A model generated the notes under the pieces. It was not told where the DNA came from, searched no databases, and saw nothing but the letters and a program-made list of their open reading frames with translations. A stretch of DNA of 64,000 nucleotides from positions 8,006,066 through 8,070,065 of the forward strand of contig NW_002060943.1 in the NCBI RefSeq assembly GCF_000150275.1, given 5' to 3'. The position numbers and the translations under genes are program-made. The stretch is from Trichoplax adhaerens (Eukaryota > Animalia > Placozoa). This document shows positions 1 to 15,165 of the stretch, one piece after another (the stretch's first letter is position 1; each line of letters begins with the position of its first letter).

Positions 1-3000
1 TACTTACTGGTTAAGACTGTTTTTCGTTTGTATTGCTCCGATAGAGCTCCGTGAGTTTTACCACTCAAAGTAAAAGGTGTTTCATACATAAATCGATGTA
101 GATTAGTTGAACGTTCGAATTCAGTTATTCGATTTTCCAGCTCCTCTTCTTCAAAGTAAGGACTAACAAAGGTCACTTGTATATATATTTTTTTTTCATC
201 CAACGTTTTTGTATCAACCTATTGATTGTCGGTAGATAAATTTAAGTATGCATTATAAGTAATCACTGTGATAATTCTGTAATACTGTCAGTTCTTCAAT
301 AGTCTTCAAAAAAATAATGGTATAAATTTATGGATTCTATACCTGTCCCGAATCTTGAATAATCGCTACTTCTTTATTAAATCTCTTTCCGTACATTGCA
401 CTTAGCCGCTGCGAAATTTCAGATAAGCCTGTAACTTTAGGCTCTTTATAAATATACTCCTTGCCACCATCATCTTCGAATTCCTTAAATTAATTTATTG
501 AAATGAATTCGAAATTTAAAATTGTACCATACTAATCTTAATCATTTTAGTGTTCAATTATAATTTTATAGTAGGTGCATACCTGACCAAAAAATGAAAC
601 ACGATAATAAGTTCCTAAAAATCGGTTACCGCTAGACATAACTTCTACAATTTTCTTGTAAGCTTCATGTAATTGACCATGAGCATCGGCTAATTGCTGT
701 TTTATAGACAAAAATTAAATTACAGACACATCGATATAAATAATGATCTTAAAAAAATACTAAATACGCAAGTTCTATATATTAATCCTTCCATATACTT
801 TTATCAAAAGCTATATTATTGTTGATCTGTATATCTTAACTCCATGATATGATACAATAAAAATGCAATATGTTCATTGGAAACTGCACATGGCTATTTA
901 CTTGAAAATGTCGTTGGCGTTCGTAAATTGGTAATAATAATCGGTAAATTTCAGCAACCAATTCATAACGTTCAGCGATTGTTAATAATTTTACACATTT
1001 TTCCATCATTTCAACGTATAAATCCTGCATTGTAGAATTTTTAGCAAAAATATCAAAAACATGTGTCAATTACGAACGCTACATTTCTGATTACCAATAA
1101 TTAATATGAAGTACGTATTGATCGCAATTCTAATATATACCTCAGTATAGCCAATTACGTCTTCCGCTGCTTTATCTTCTTGTAAATTTTCTTCTTCTAC
1201 TATATTATTTGAAACTCGAGTAAAAACCCTACAGCTATGATCATAGTTCATTTTTCTTTGCATGTACTCCGCAATAAGCGCAGCAATATGCACTTGACAT
1301 AAGGCAGCCTATATAAAAGTATGTATTATCAATACAATTTTGCCATTGCTGCTGAAAAAAAATAACTCTTAAAGTATCTACCTCTGATATATTTCCATGA
1401 CTCTCGTGCGTTAAACACATTTGTTCCAGCCAATACTGACGAAGTTGAGGATTATTAACGTATGATTGAGCTAAACTATATTGAAGTTTTATTAAAAGTT
1501 CCGGGTCATCTCTATATTTCTGTAAATAGTAAAATAAATCAGATATCGTTCGATCAATGACTAAAACTTACAGATGCGTATAGACTATAGTAGTTAAAAA
1601 TACCTGCATTTTATTCATAGCTACTAAAACTGTCCTTAAACGCTTTAACAGGTTGTAGACTTGGCTCGGAAACAGGGTTTGCTAGTAAAAGTAGTTTATT
1701 ATTAACAACAAGAATTACAATATTAATCTAATAATAAATCTTACTTACTTTCATTCCTTCGTCAGAATTAACTAATGATGATATCTGGTTTAGCGAAGAC
1801 TTTATTAAACCTTCATCAGTATTCCCAGAAACGCCAGATATGATCCTTGAGATAGCCAGCGTAGCCTAACGTGATATCGATATGATCGTGAAATACGGCA
1901 GCGATAGTTAAATCAGAAGTTATAAGCCATAGTGTATAGAATCATACCTGTAAATTCACGCGAACGAAATCCCGCCCAGTATATTCGAAATTGCTTCTCA
2001 TTAGAAGATATAATATTAAACTAGCCTAATATTATATGAACAAAATTATAAATTAAACTACAGTTTTGGTGAAGTAAAGAGAGCTAATAGTCATTAAATG
2101 TTCAAATAGTACCTGTTGTCTAACGGTAGATAACTTTGATTTACAACACTGTAAAATCTATTAAATCAAACAATATCGTGATTAAAGAACATGTGTACGA
2201 GTTGTAATAAAAACTTGAAGCACTAATTAATGTGTACCTCATAGCATAATGTGGCACAAAACGACGACGTCCCACGAAATAAAACGACAGGAAACTAAGC
2301 GGATATGGTCATCAATAAGTAAATTGAGCTATTTGCATAATGAATCACCTGTTTTACCCAAAATTCTAGTGAAATTCTACTCTTACCTTGTTTATAAACG
2401 ATCTAATAGCAGCAAAAACATGTTCTAGCAGAAATTCCGATTGACCAATTTGCAAGAATAGTACTAAAAGGCTGGATACCTATGACATAGCAGTGGATAA
2501 TATAATCGATTAATTTATGCAATTGAAATACCTATACACTTAAATATGATAAAGTGTTCAGTGAATACATACTGCGTAACAATTTAACGACTTACTTTTC
2601 TCATAAGAACATTATCTCCATTATCTTGTTCCAGTTGTGTCTAAGTTAATGCAAGAAATAGAGCAATAGTTTGCTTTTAAAAATCTTAAAGTTATCTGAA
2701 TTCGTTTTGCTATATGATAAAATGTAATGTACTTTGAAGTGGATACAAAACGCCTCCAACACACTCAAAACAACAAAGCCGATTTCATTTGCCATATTTC
2801 CTTCTAAAATGGTACGAGTGAGAATGGCTTTCTCTGCTTTCGCAAGTCCACTGCCTAAAATTTTTTGATAATCAAAATAGAATTACATGTACCGTCCAAA
2901 TTTTATCAAGTGAGTTGTTAGTAGATAAGATAAAGTGGTTACTAACTTTTGACTTCCTTCTGGTTACTAATAAGTGATTGACGCTGGGCACGCTGTTCTC

Positions 3001-6000
3001 CTAAAAGAGAATAGATCTCTAAAATTGAGCCATTTGAATGTAAAGCCTTAATGAATACATTCAATAATCAAACTGGATCAAATGCTACCATTAGCATTAT
3101 TACCTCGATAGTGAGACGTGGAACGGCTACTTCCTATGGTCGCATAGGCTTGTTCGAGAGCTGCCTTAGCTTGATTTACTTTCAGGCTATAAGATTAATT
3201 ACAGGTATTAGTTGAATTGGAAATCATTTCAGCAGCACATTGACTATCTAACCTAGTATCAGACGCAGATTTCCTTCCCACATATCGAAAACAGGACACC
3301 GTTGCACTAAAACAAAAGATACAGTTATAGTATTTTAATAGATTGTATACTATCTAAAAACATAAATTGCGGTTCGATTAAAATTACCCTAAGATATCGA
3401 AAAAGGCTAATAACTGTGAGAAATTGTTAAGTCCTTTCTCTGCTATTATTTCCCACTGTCCAGCAGGATGCTTAGAGGCGAATGCCATGGCACTTCTCCA
3501 CCAAGTAAATAGGCAACCTGCCAATCAAGTCGTACAAAATGTTTAAATAATTCCCCTTTTATTATACGATAAAGTCTGAAATAAGCCTACCATCATCTAA
3601 ATTTCTAAGGACGTATATAAAACAGATCAATATATCTTTCGTCTCCCTTTCATCAAAATGACCAGGAAACTGTTTGAAATCTGTTGCAATAGCTATAGAT
3701 GTTCTCAATGAATTATATCTTTTCGCGAATGTTCTTTCTTGCGCAGTTGCATCCTATTGTTATTAAATTTAATAAGTATTGTAAATACCGCGTTTATCCA
3801 TTTAGTAACTGTAATTAAGTAAGTAAAGAAGTAAAATATTTAAATGTGAATGTTATCAATATTAATTACAGATGATGAAACACTCCTCATTGGTGCACTT
3901 TTATTAAGTGATGTCGAACTTGACGATAAATCCTTTGATAGTCCATCATCAATTTGTACTGGAATAACTGGTATCGCTGTACCGGAAAAGCTTTTATTAT
4001 GTGTAGCATATCGATCAAAGACACTTGTGTTAGCGGTACTTCCATTAGTATTGGTTGTAGTAGTGCCACGACCAATTGAAGTCAGTGACTGACATGAGCT
4101 GGATGGTGCCATACTTCCTATATCATCAGAAGGGAAAGGAGACACCGGAGCTGAATCGGGCGGAATCACAGCTTTACTTGCTTTAATTTTATGCGAGTTT
4201 TGGAAAACAATCGAAAAGAAACGAACATAGAGCATTGCAATTCTTGCTTGGCATATCTAGAATAAAAAATATAATAAGAAATGCTAAAATTTAAGCATAC
4301 ATGTATAATACAAATTTTAATTTAATAGAACGAAAATAGCAATAAAAAAGTGACCGAATGGTAAAACATCTTACCTTATCATTATATCGGTCATCTAGGT
4401 CATGCTTTATTAATAAGTTACGCAAAACTTTTAAGGCATGTTTCCTAACATTGGAATCATGCTGTTGCATTGCAGTTTGAACCTATATCGAGTGTAAAGA
4501 GATTCAAAAGACGTCAATGGTAAATGTAATATTCCAGATATTTATGCAATATTTTAAATTTAACCTCTTTCAAAAGGAGACCAACTAAAGGATGCTTTTT
4601 ATGAAAATCATCTGTTAGGTCGAAGGTTGCTGGAGCTACGTAAGAAATGTTAAAAAATTAATAACATTCGATATTAATTTAGTTTAAATGATGTATAACA
4701 GTATACGAGTGTATGAAATTTTTTACGTTTTTCTTCATAAGGTAAATTCAACGGAATATAGTGTTCATGGCTACAGATAATTTGAAGAAAATCAAATTTC
4801 ATTCTCATAGTTTTCTGAAAAAGAGCGAAAATATTAGTATTCAATAGCGCTGAGATATAATAGACCGCAAAATATAAAAGGCAAATTGAAAATTTACTAA
4901 CAGAATGATCACCACACTTTAGATTTTCGGTGTAAAACTTAATAATTTTTAGTAAGAATCCTCGATTCATGTATGTCATACAATTCTATGTAAGTACAGT
5001 GTAAATCTTTAGTAAGAATACATGATATGATGAAAGTCAAGTACATCCAAGGAATATTTACCTTAAGGAAATGACCCAAATTTTGATTGGCATTCTTTGA
5101 AAAGAAAAAGATAAAAAATGAATACATCAAACATCCTCTAGGATTACATTTTTATATACTGTACTTTAGAAATTACCGTGGCTGGAGCATCATCAGCTTT
5201 ATTCCTGATTTGCTTTAACATCGCAACAATTAATTCTTCTAAATCATTAAGATAGTGATCGCTATATCGAAATATCCGATTAGCCTACGAAAACAGAAAT
5301 AGACCGTAGGTTCAACAATAGCTTTTTTAATTAAAGACTTTCAGGGAAACATTTATGTCGATGTCTATACCTTCAATTTGCCAGTCTGGACTAGGTACTG
5401 AGCCATACTTTTTACCATAATATCGAAAAAGAACCACGAATACTAATTGGGAGTATAGAGTTAAAGCGTTAGCAAGAAGTTATGTGCAAAATTATGCGCA
5501 TTTATTCTCAGAAATATAATGAAATAGGTTGGATATATTACAAGATTACATTCAAAAGCTTGCTGGATAATGCAGGATCGATATTTGGCCTGCCTTCAAA
5601 AATTACTATCATATTCCGAACCAATTCTTCATGCACAGTGTTTTGGATGCCATGTCCGAGATCAGCAACAAACACATACTATGTTGATGATAATACAAAC
5701 AGCGTTATAAAGGCCAAATTAAACGTGTAAAAAAAGTAATTATTTGACTAATTACATCAATCAAGCTTCAAGATAATAACTATCATATTACCTTTACATA
5801 CGAGTTCAAGAGTTCAGTTCTACCAGCAGAATGAAGCTTAAATGCCATGTAAATTAGGACACTACGATCATAATAGCAATAATAATGCTATCAATTAATA
5901 AAATCATATTTTCTGTCCTGTTTTAATTCAGTTGATCAAAGCGCAGTCAATTATCCCAAGTCACCTTAAAGCCGTTACAGATACATCAGCATTTTGATAT

Positions 6001-9000
6001 CTGCGAAGAACTCGAAAAAGGTGGTTTGACAAAACCGGAAGGAACGGTATTAGAGTGTTCAATTCCACAGCATGTAAGGCCTATTTCCATATAAAAATAT
6101 TCATTTGCCAATACTGGGTAATTAGCACAATTTTTAGCTAGTACAGCCATCATACATCAAAACCTACTTTCATCAGCTGAATAATTTCGACGTTGCTAAG
6201 TGTTGATGCATTAGATTGCTGATAATTTGAGAAAAACTTCTGAAAATGTGGATCCTATTATAAAAGAGAAAATATCTAAGTCTTTAAGTCCGGTTTAGTA
6301 CCGCATAAAATTTTAAATCTAAACATTACCTGAGAGTAAATAGTTGATTTTAAGGAAGTGGACACTTTGAGTAGGGGTCTTCCACCATCTACCCATTCCA
6401 TTTCCTGCGGCCCAGAGAACTATAGGAATTAAAAGTAAAAATAAATTTGACGTCCTAATATCATAGAAGACAAGAAAAAAGTAGGCACTTTAGGAGATAC
6501 ATATTCCTACTTACTCCTCTTTTCAAGCCAAGTGATTGACTAGATAAATAACCAGGAGATATCTTTTTGGCTACAGGAAGAGAATGCTCATTTCCAATAA
6601 TTCTATATAAACAAAAAGGCAATTGTATTAACCGCTATAGGTGATGCAATAAGTAACGTAATAATTACATGCTGGCGAAACAAACCTTCCATCCTGTAAT
6701 ATAGGTAACCAAGCATAACCAACTAGGAAAAGATAAATTATCATTTAATTTAAATTACTATTTGTTTATAAATAAAGTAAAAGAATTGATAATACCATTT
6801 GATGCCACCCTATACTTTTCGTTATTTTTCGATTGTTCAACACTTATGTGTGACAACTTAAATAACAAGTGATGCCTTGAATGCAGTTGTACAGGCAATG
6901 CAATTTTTATCTATAGTACATATATTAGGTATTTCATTTAATTAATGGATTATCATTACAAGATAACATATATCATAAATAGAATCTTGACAATGATTTT
7001 ACCGAGCAATTAAAAGAAGGGCTAGTATTATGATATAACACTGGACAGGTTATACTTGAGACAAATTCGGCTTGCATTCCTTCTCCGTAGATACACTAAT
7101 ATTGAATTTTAAATAATGAATAACAAAGTTTTTTGATTTCTTAACAAAGAAATATTATTGTGTATAACAATCGCAACATATTCCATCAATATTCTCACGA
7201 ACCTTTAAAGCAGATGCTTGTACATCGTCAGAATCATAAAATGAAACTGTCCATGCAAGATTACGGGCCTGAAATAAAAACAAATGTTTTGCGTAACTCA
7301 ACTTTTTAACACATCTTAACGTAATAGCGTTACTCAATTTAGGCATTGCCTTACCCTCGCAAATGTTTTCTGCCCATCGAACCTTATTGTAATCGGATAC
7401 ACATACAAATTGTTATAGTAGGATAAGTGAGGCTGGAGTGCTTTCGGGTTTGCTGTAAGAAATTCATCAACTTCCCTGATAACAGGGGTTGGTAAGGAGC
7501 TATCTTGACTTTTGAAAGGTTTGATTGGTTGAATAGAAGGTGTCACGCAATCTTTTAAAATATATGAAAAATGCATAACTTTTACAAGAGGTCTCGGGGT
7601 TGTATTTAATTTATAAATGTTATTGCGATAGCTAATAGTTTTCATAGCTAGAATAAATTATTAACTCATACTTTCAGGCTGGTCAGCTCCTAGCGACTCT
7701 AGAACTGCTACAAAGTGTCCAGGGATGGTAGGAAGTTTAATCTTATTAGAATCCGCTAAAAATTTTAATAAATCTTCATCGCTAAGCTTGCCAGAATCTT
7801 GCTTAAAGATAGGTGAAAACTCTTGTGGGTCTAATTCTCCGTTAGTATTTTTGAAGACTGGCTTATATGCCCAACCAAATGGCATGCGATAATTGCCTAA
7901 GCGACCACAAATTGAAGTGACTTGTTTATGCACTCTTTGAGCAATCTAATATAAAAATACAAAATAACATAGGAACAATATAACTTTATTAATAAATGCG
8001 ATAGTAGTTACGTTATTGTATTATACGTTGGTAAATATGTAAGCATATATGGAAGATAATACAATTACCTTTGGATTGTCAGCGCCTTTAATATACGGCT
8101 CAACACAAGCAGATATACTTCCTTGCAAAACTTTCTCTATACGAACGACCATATAGACATGAGTGCTCGGGCAGGTCACGGAAAATACAGCCTGTTGATA
8201 CCATTTCAATAACATATAGTTTTTTATGAACAACTTACTTTTAAAAGTTACATGTGTAAAATCTAATACATAATATTGTATAATATATTTAGTAGAAAAA
8301 TTAAAAATTTAATCTATTTACTTCTTGTTTATAAGTATAGGCACGATTATCGAATACCGCCATATGATTTCTGTTTATGCCACCAGAATTATTTCCACTA
8401 GTAGTACCATCTATTACTTCCTCTCCTTCATTAGAAAATCTCGCTTCACCCTCTGGCAGATTGTCACGGATAATGGAATGATTTAAATCGAAATGAATAT
8501 CTTCCGATATCTTTAAGTTATCTTGCACATTATATAGTGCAACACTAATGAAAAATGGTTCAACCTAATTCATCAATTGAAGCAGAGCAATAAAGAATGC
8601 AAAACATTATTTAAAAAAATCCAGTTATGCTTCTTTAGAATAGCAAACTATGATAACAAAGTAATACAGTATACTAACATTAGATACAACGTTTTCTATA
8701 TTCATATTCAGACGAAAGAGTAATTCTTTGGGACGTAGTATAAATCTAGTTCCTAATTGCTCGATAAAAGACACGGCTTCCGGTAAGCCTTCATCTTGGG
8801 CAAATTTTTCTGCACTCTAATTTAAATAAAAGTCTATTGTTATATTTCGTTCTTAAAAATATCTACCATCGATAAGTATAAAAACTTCATCCAATATGGT
8901 GCATACTTCAAGATCGGGATAAATAGAAAATAACTTTCTATTACTTTCGGTCCGCTTCAGGGCATTTTGAAAATCAATTTCTTTCGCATACTACGATAAT

Positions 9001-12000
9001 TATAATTACAGCATTAGCAAATAATAACATAAATAGACTCGAATATTACTAACATTTTATCGAATTAATACATATGAATACAGTAATAATATTAACCGAT
9101 AAGTACTTTATATTTAATTAAATTACTACTTACCTTTATTAAATCTGGACAGCGACTATGAAGTAGGCTATCTCTCAAACTACTATATCGTTGGGTATTG
9201 GCTATGTAACATTTTTAATATTGATTATGTGGTTAGATCAATAGTTTTAAAATTAAATTGCTATTTTCGAGTGAATATGTAAAATTTACTTACAGTATCT
9301 ATGCAGAATAATAAGCATTACTGACAGTTCTATCAATTAAATTTTAATATTTTAGAATATTTACATCATTATAGTATATTATTACACTTACGTTGTTTGT
9401 CTGAATTTTCTTCGATAAATTTTTCTGAACCTAGGGCCTTGCATAAAGTGTCGTACCATTGATCTCTTTCGGCTAGTGAATCAGCTATGAGCCCATAAGT
9501 CATATCTGGCAGTTGTAAACTAAATCCAAACTGTCTAGTATCATATGTAAACTGTAAGAGAAAAAATATACAGAACATGCTAAGAATCATCCGATCAAAA
9601 GTGCACATTGTAACACTCCAATAATACCACGGCGTATATATCAGAGCTAAAATTCTACTATACCGTATATAACGTATTAGATCACTACGTGAACATGGCT
9701 ACTGATAAGATTTACAGCTATCGCTAACCTTTGCTAGACGAGTTGATTCAGGCAGTAAAATAGACCCAGACGCTAAATGACTTTCACGACCCTATAAAAT
9801 AAAAGAGAAACAATTTTAAATTAATACTTCAGTTGAATTCATTAGGTAGGAACTTGGTTTTAAAGTTATGAATATTTAATTAGATTTAGTTTATGGGCTA
9901 TTTAATTACTTTAAAATATTCGATAATGTAGCTGCTATCGGTACTAGTTTTTAAAAAGAACCACATTCTTCGGTTAGACTATAATAGAAAAAGTATAAAG
10001 GATTAGATATAAAAGTCAGAATACAGTATAATTAAATTTTATCAAACGTTTACGATGATACAAAATTGAGGTCGGTAATTACTAAATGAACTGTTTATAG
10101 GCTAATATTTACACCCCTATACCTTTAATGTCACTGATGTGTCGTTAGAGTTCGGTGCAATAGTTAAATATCCCTTCATAGAGACAAGTTCTTTTGGTAG
10201 TTTAACTTGAATACCCTATTTATAGCCAGAAAATGTTGCATTTAAATCATATTACTTCTATACCATATCATTAGTCCATTGGGATCTAAGCAGTTTCCGA
10301 ATAGATATCTAACTTTACAAATATAATTATACGTCACAACAGTATCAATAACCTCTTCCACGATTATACTATCAATTTCATCGTCCATTATATCAATTTC
10401 GAATTTTTGTTCACGTAAAGTATCCCGATTTCGTAAAATTCTATTTAAAAATAATATAAGATAGTCAATAACTATATTATCAATGACACCGCATGAGGCA
10501 TTTATTTGGAGATTTCTTAATGGTTTTGTAATTTGCTATAACTTGTATGTTATATGTAATTGACTGAAGTGTAGTGGTAGGTCTAATTAACGTATGGTAC
10601 AACTTTCGTTTCGATTAAAGTTGCTCTGACAATAATATTGATCAATTTTAAAACTTAAAGTAGATTATTAAGCTTTACCATAAATAAATGCAGTTGAAAA
10701 TTTCTTGGTACGTTACTCAATTAATTAAGGAGGTAAAAAATATTAAACTGTTGGTTCAATAAATAATGCATCTTATGAAGCATTATAAAACACCCTTATT
10801 TTAGCCGGATTGGATATACTGTAGAGCAATGATATAACATGTTGCCATGAAAGAATAATGACCGGTGTGTATACTCGTATAGTATATATATCATCCCTTG
10901 GATCTACTCACGTTTGTTGCTACAGTTGTGATGTAATAATAATAATGCAATACGAATTGCTAATACAAAAATATGTAACAGCATTGTAGTCTAGAGCAAT
11001 TAATGTTAGTATGTCAGTATTAATAAGGGTGTACATAGTATGTTGGCAGTGGAGAGCTGAACTCATTCGTAAAAGAAAAAGTTAATGCCAACACATTGGA
11101 GTAATTACTGTAAATCGCTAGTAATTTCAAACGCTCTTTGTAATCCTAATAAATCGAACAATCATCCTGGTATTTAGACAATATTAGATAATAATTATTA
11201 TTAAGTTGATGAATAGCATGACGATAAGATAATTTTGTGAAAGATTTTAAATAAAATAGTCTGTTATAAAACTGATACTGGAACGAAGTGGAATAGTTTA
11301 TGTGCTTTAATCAATCATTTAGGGTGGAAAATTTAGATAAATTATGGAACTACTGAGGAGTACTTTTACTATTTTATAATGTTTAAACATTGTCTAATAT
11401 AGCATTATTTCAGAGAGGTTTAATTTACGAATTTTAAAAGTTAGAATTGGTTCTAGAAAATCCTGTAGATAATATCTTCGTATCGACGGTAACTGTAACG
11501 CGAAGTTAAAAGGTACATACAGTACATCTTATTATTATTATGTTATATTTTGGGATATACATAAGTACAGTGCCTAACATTACGATAGAGATGTAGTTAT
11601 AGCCAAGCATTTAGTTTACAAATAATAGGGCGCCTGGTCAGTTAATGCATTTTATTACCGTGTAGCAACTTGTATAGTAAACTGGAATAAAAACAACTTG
11701 TAAAAGTGAGTTACCTTGTGATATTAACAAAAGATTACCGAGAATAATTAGTAAAATTATTTCAATATAGTGCTAAACCACGGCTAGCGTTGCTATACCG
11801 GCAATAAGAATACTATCGAGTTGCATGTAAGCCAGCGCTAATGGCCATGTTTGCTATTATAGGTAATTTTGTGCGCGTACACTAGATTATTATCATTTTA
11901 AATTTAAACCACAAACTGTCTTGATAAATTAAATATTAAACGTATACAATATCTTTTTTAATGTTCTTTAATAACAGCTATTATAAAAGGACTTTGCGTA

Positions 12001-13732
12001 TGGCTATTTCGAAATGGATATTACGGTATTCCTATAATATTTCAAGATTATCTCTATTGTAGTCCAATTTTTTTAATAATAATGTGGATTATCCATTTCT
12101 ACAGTGGAGGGCAAACAACTTTAACAGTATTTGATTATTTCCTCCGTATTTCCGTAGTCACAGTATTTTAGCAAGAAAGCTTTGACTGTACGCGTAGTGA
12201 AAAAACAATTCATAGCATAGCAATTATATACTACTGTACTTATCCTATTCAATTAATTTGATCAAAAATTGCACGACATGTACATTATACACACATGTTT
12301 TTTGCGGGGGGGGGGGGGAGAAAATTTCTTACGACCGTTCACTTATTTGTGTTACAATATTCATTATTCACTGTATTGTACTTACGTAGTAGGCAATTTC
12401 GTAAAATTGCCCGAATATTCATTGTACTTGGTTCTGATGATATTCCAATCGACGGTATAGGATCGTAGTGTCTAGCCATGTTGAATAGTATTGATGTAAA
12501 TTTTCATTATATCGATGGTAGAACAATAAAATGCATAATAAAGTCAGATGTAGGAATGTACAGTATAGTATAGAACCTATTTGATACCAATTATGTCTTG
12601 TTGTAAAATTGAAATACAACTATTGCAATTTAATTGGGTAAAATGATACGAAAGAAGAAAAACAGGATCAGACCTCTCGAACGAAGGCATTGGTAGCTTC
12701 ACTAAGAGCATTAGAAGGTACAGTACTGCGGATAGTTCGTAGCTGTCTGGATTTGGTTGCAGCCTGAAGATACAATAATATCGCTATATCAAATCACACA
12801 CACATACCAAAAATGATAGGTTAAAGGAAGGAAGAAAGAAAAACACTGGTTATCATCATGACGATGAAATGATAGTAGCTACGTCATTGTAACTGTACAG
12901 TATTGATGATCACCATTAATAGCCACTGTTAATACTTTTTCCCTGTCTGTCTCTCTCTTTACTGTCTGGACGACTAACTACTACTACTAATTAATATTAC
13001 AATCATTGTCATCATGCATAGGGAAGAGTAGAAAAGTACAGAAGATGAAGAAAATGCATTGATTGATCCAATAAAGCATTGGAACATGATTATTGAAGAA
13101 ATAGCATATAAAAAAAGGTTGTTTATTTTAAAGCGGTCGCCACCCAGTGTCAAAAAGGCATGATAATAAATAATAATAATAATGTAGTTGATCAGGTCAA
13201 GTTATTACATGTTGGTGGCCAATGGCTGAATAAATTACTTGAAAAAGTAAATGGATTTGACAAGGAACTAGTCAATGCTTACGCTAGTTGTGTTACATTG
13301 GACTGTAATGTCAATAGCATTCTCCTTACCGAGACATCATCTACTGGAAAATTGAGCATAAATTGTAGCGGATCATGCGAGTGATGGTCAGTATTGCTAC
13401 TGATTTCCTTTTCGTAATCGAGAGGATAGGAGAGTTGGCGAAGGCGCACTAACTAAAGGTAGTTGAAAAGAAAGCAAAAGTTTTAATAGTTCCCATTAGG
13501 GAGGAAAAAAAAAACAACAGTCATCGATCATGTTGAGAGCATTGTGATCCTTTCTACTCTCTATTTTCTTCACGCTATAGGAAAGAATTGATTTTTACAA
13601 GTATCCATAAGTAGAGTTGCCTCAAAAGTGAAATGGCACACATACCAGTCGGTCATCTTTGCCTTTATTTGAATCAGCACCACCACGATGGTCAATACTA
13701 ATCGATGATCGGGAGATTTTAGCAGCTGCCAT
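1..13732 (-). CDS. Dedicator of cytokinesis DOCK-D family GEF (DOCK9/10/11, zizimin-like); multi-exon, 3' end beyond window start
   Basis: Spliced by hand with GT-AG sites: exon 1 13646-13732 [12 protein letters not shown]..., exon 2 13330-13452 ...PLDYEKE...FPVDDVS, then a PH domain (about 9390-10215), DHR-1/C2 ([22 protein letters not shown]) and the start of DHR-2 ([31 protein letters not shown]). PH plus DHR-1 plus DHR-2 is the DOCK-D layout. Likely co-orthologue of DOCK9/10/11, so no single symbol is given. Confidence 0.95.
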
Positions 13733-13937
13733 CTTCTCCAATATAACTTGAAATTGGAATTCCTCTTAAAGACTAGAGAGATGTAATAGACAAGGAGAAA
13801 AGTAGATTGCAACTATCATCGATGAAAGTCAAAGCTGCATGACAACTTTTTCCAGGCTTATGCAAGTCTCTCTCACTACAGGCGTTTCCACTTGGCTTTT
13901 GAAGCACGGGCGATAGTAGATGTCGTCGATTCCCAGT

Positions 13938-13945
13938 TGACGTCA
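13938..13945. promoter_or_regulatory. Perfect CRE/ATF palindrome TGACGTCA about 200 bp upstream of the DOCK start codon
   Basis: Exact match to the 8-bp CRE consensus. Function is inferred from position only. A second copy lies at 62482-62489. Confidence 0.3.
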
Positions 13946-14879
13946 GTCAATTCCACTACAACTCAATTGTAGTTCCGTACTGTACCCTGCTGGGGCTTGA
14001 AGTAGTGGCTTCACTCTTCACGTGTATGTCCATCTGTCTGTCAGAAGATCGACCGTCAGCAAGAGAGATCGCAAAATTCTGCCAAAATGTCCACCATCCT
14101 GTCCAGTAGAGGGTAGAGTATGCAATTAACTGTAATGTACGGGGGGGGCAGTCTACTTGCACACCATGGTCAAGCTTTAGCATTTCAGTATGAAAGTTGG
14201 CGTACAGTACTGTAGCATACAGTACAGTATTTACCATGCCCGACCGCTGTTTACATTACCGTACAGTACAGTATTGATCACTGCATCATCATACGGAATC
14301 ATTTTTCAGTACGATCAGTTTGTGCACATGGATAGCACAGTGTCTACAGTACTTTGTACTGTACTACATCGAACCGGGTTGGCATCCTTTTTAGCCGCCA
14401 AAAATCCATCAGTAGCACAATGGAGTTGGTCCTCCATACAGGCTACCGTAAATGTCTAGCAAGACGTCCAGTTTGATGTAAAGGATCTCAAGACTTTATG
14501 GCTTTTAGTACGTCAAAGCCGAAGTCAAACTGTGTTTGCTAATAGTTGCCGATCATCAACGTTGATCTATGAATGTAAATTGATCACTTACAGTAAACAT
14601 CCCGCTTATACGTGTACTGTACAGTAGATTATGATGATAGATTATTATCTATTTTCAATGGCATACAGATGATCCATCGACTTGAGCATTCTGCTGTCAA
14701 CGCGTAAATTATAGTGATAACACTGGCCCCACAAAATCAGTTTATCAATATTTTTGAAGGATTTTGCATTCATCTACTGCATTTATAAGTTGACGATTGA
14801 ACCATGTTTATACAAATACACGTACTATACTGTACAGTATATTCTAGGATTGTCGTGATGTAACAGTTTATTAAAGTGA

Positions 14880-15165
14880 TAACGCGTGACTCAATGCACA
14901 TTGAAATCAGTTCAAACCTCAACAAATTTCTGCAAATGCAGTCAGCTCCGAGCAGGTGCTCTACTGATAATAGAATTATACTCTTAAACAGCATATGCTA
15001 CATTGTGCCGTAATAAGGCTACAGAGAAGCTGTACGAAGTCTGATAAAGTAGCAAGTAGAACACTGATTATGCCACAAATACAAGCAATGTCGATATCTC
15101 GGCTCATGCATTAGCACAAAATGCAAAGCATCCTTAAATATTTTCAATCCTACCATCCATCAGCG
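14880..15165 (+). pseudogene. Decayed ankyrin-repeat gene fragment (about 3 repeats, frameshifts and stops)
   Basis: Stitched translation DSMHIEISSNLNKFLQM/LRAGALLIIELYS*TA/LHCAVI/GYREAVRSLIK* and SAHALAQNAKHP*IFSIL follows the ankyrin consensus LLxxGAxxxxxxxxGxTALHxAxxxGxxExVxxLL. RAGA 14949-14960, LHCAV 14998-15012, GYREAVRSLIK 15017-15049. Confidence 0.5.

Noticed and set aside
3850-4092. Antisense and short ORFs in the supplied track (for example 3850-4092, 21442-21678, 38533-38721, 61935-62299)
   Set aside because: They are shadows of real exons on the other strand or products of low-complexity repeats.
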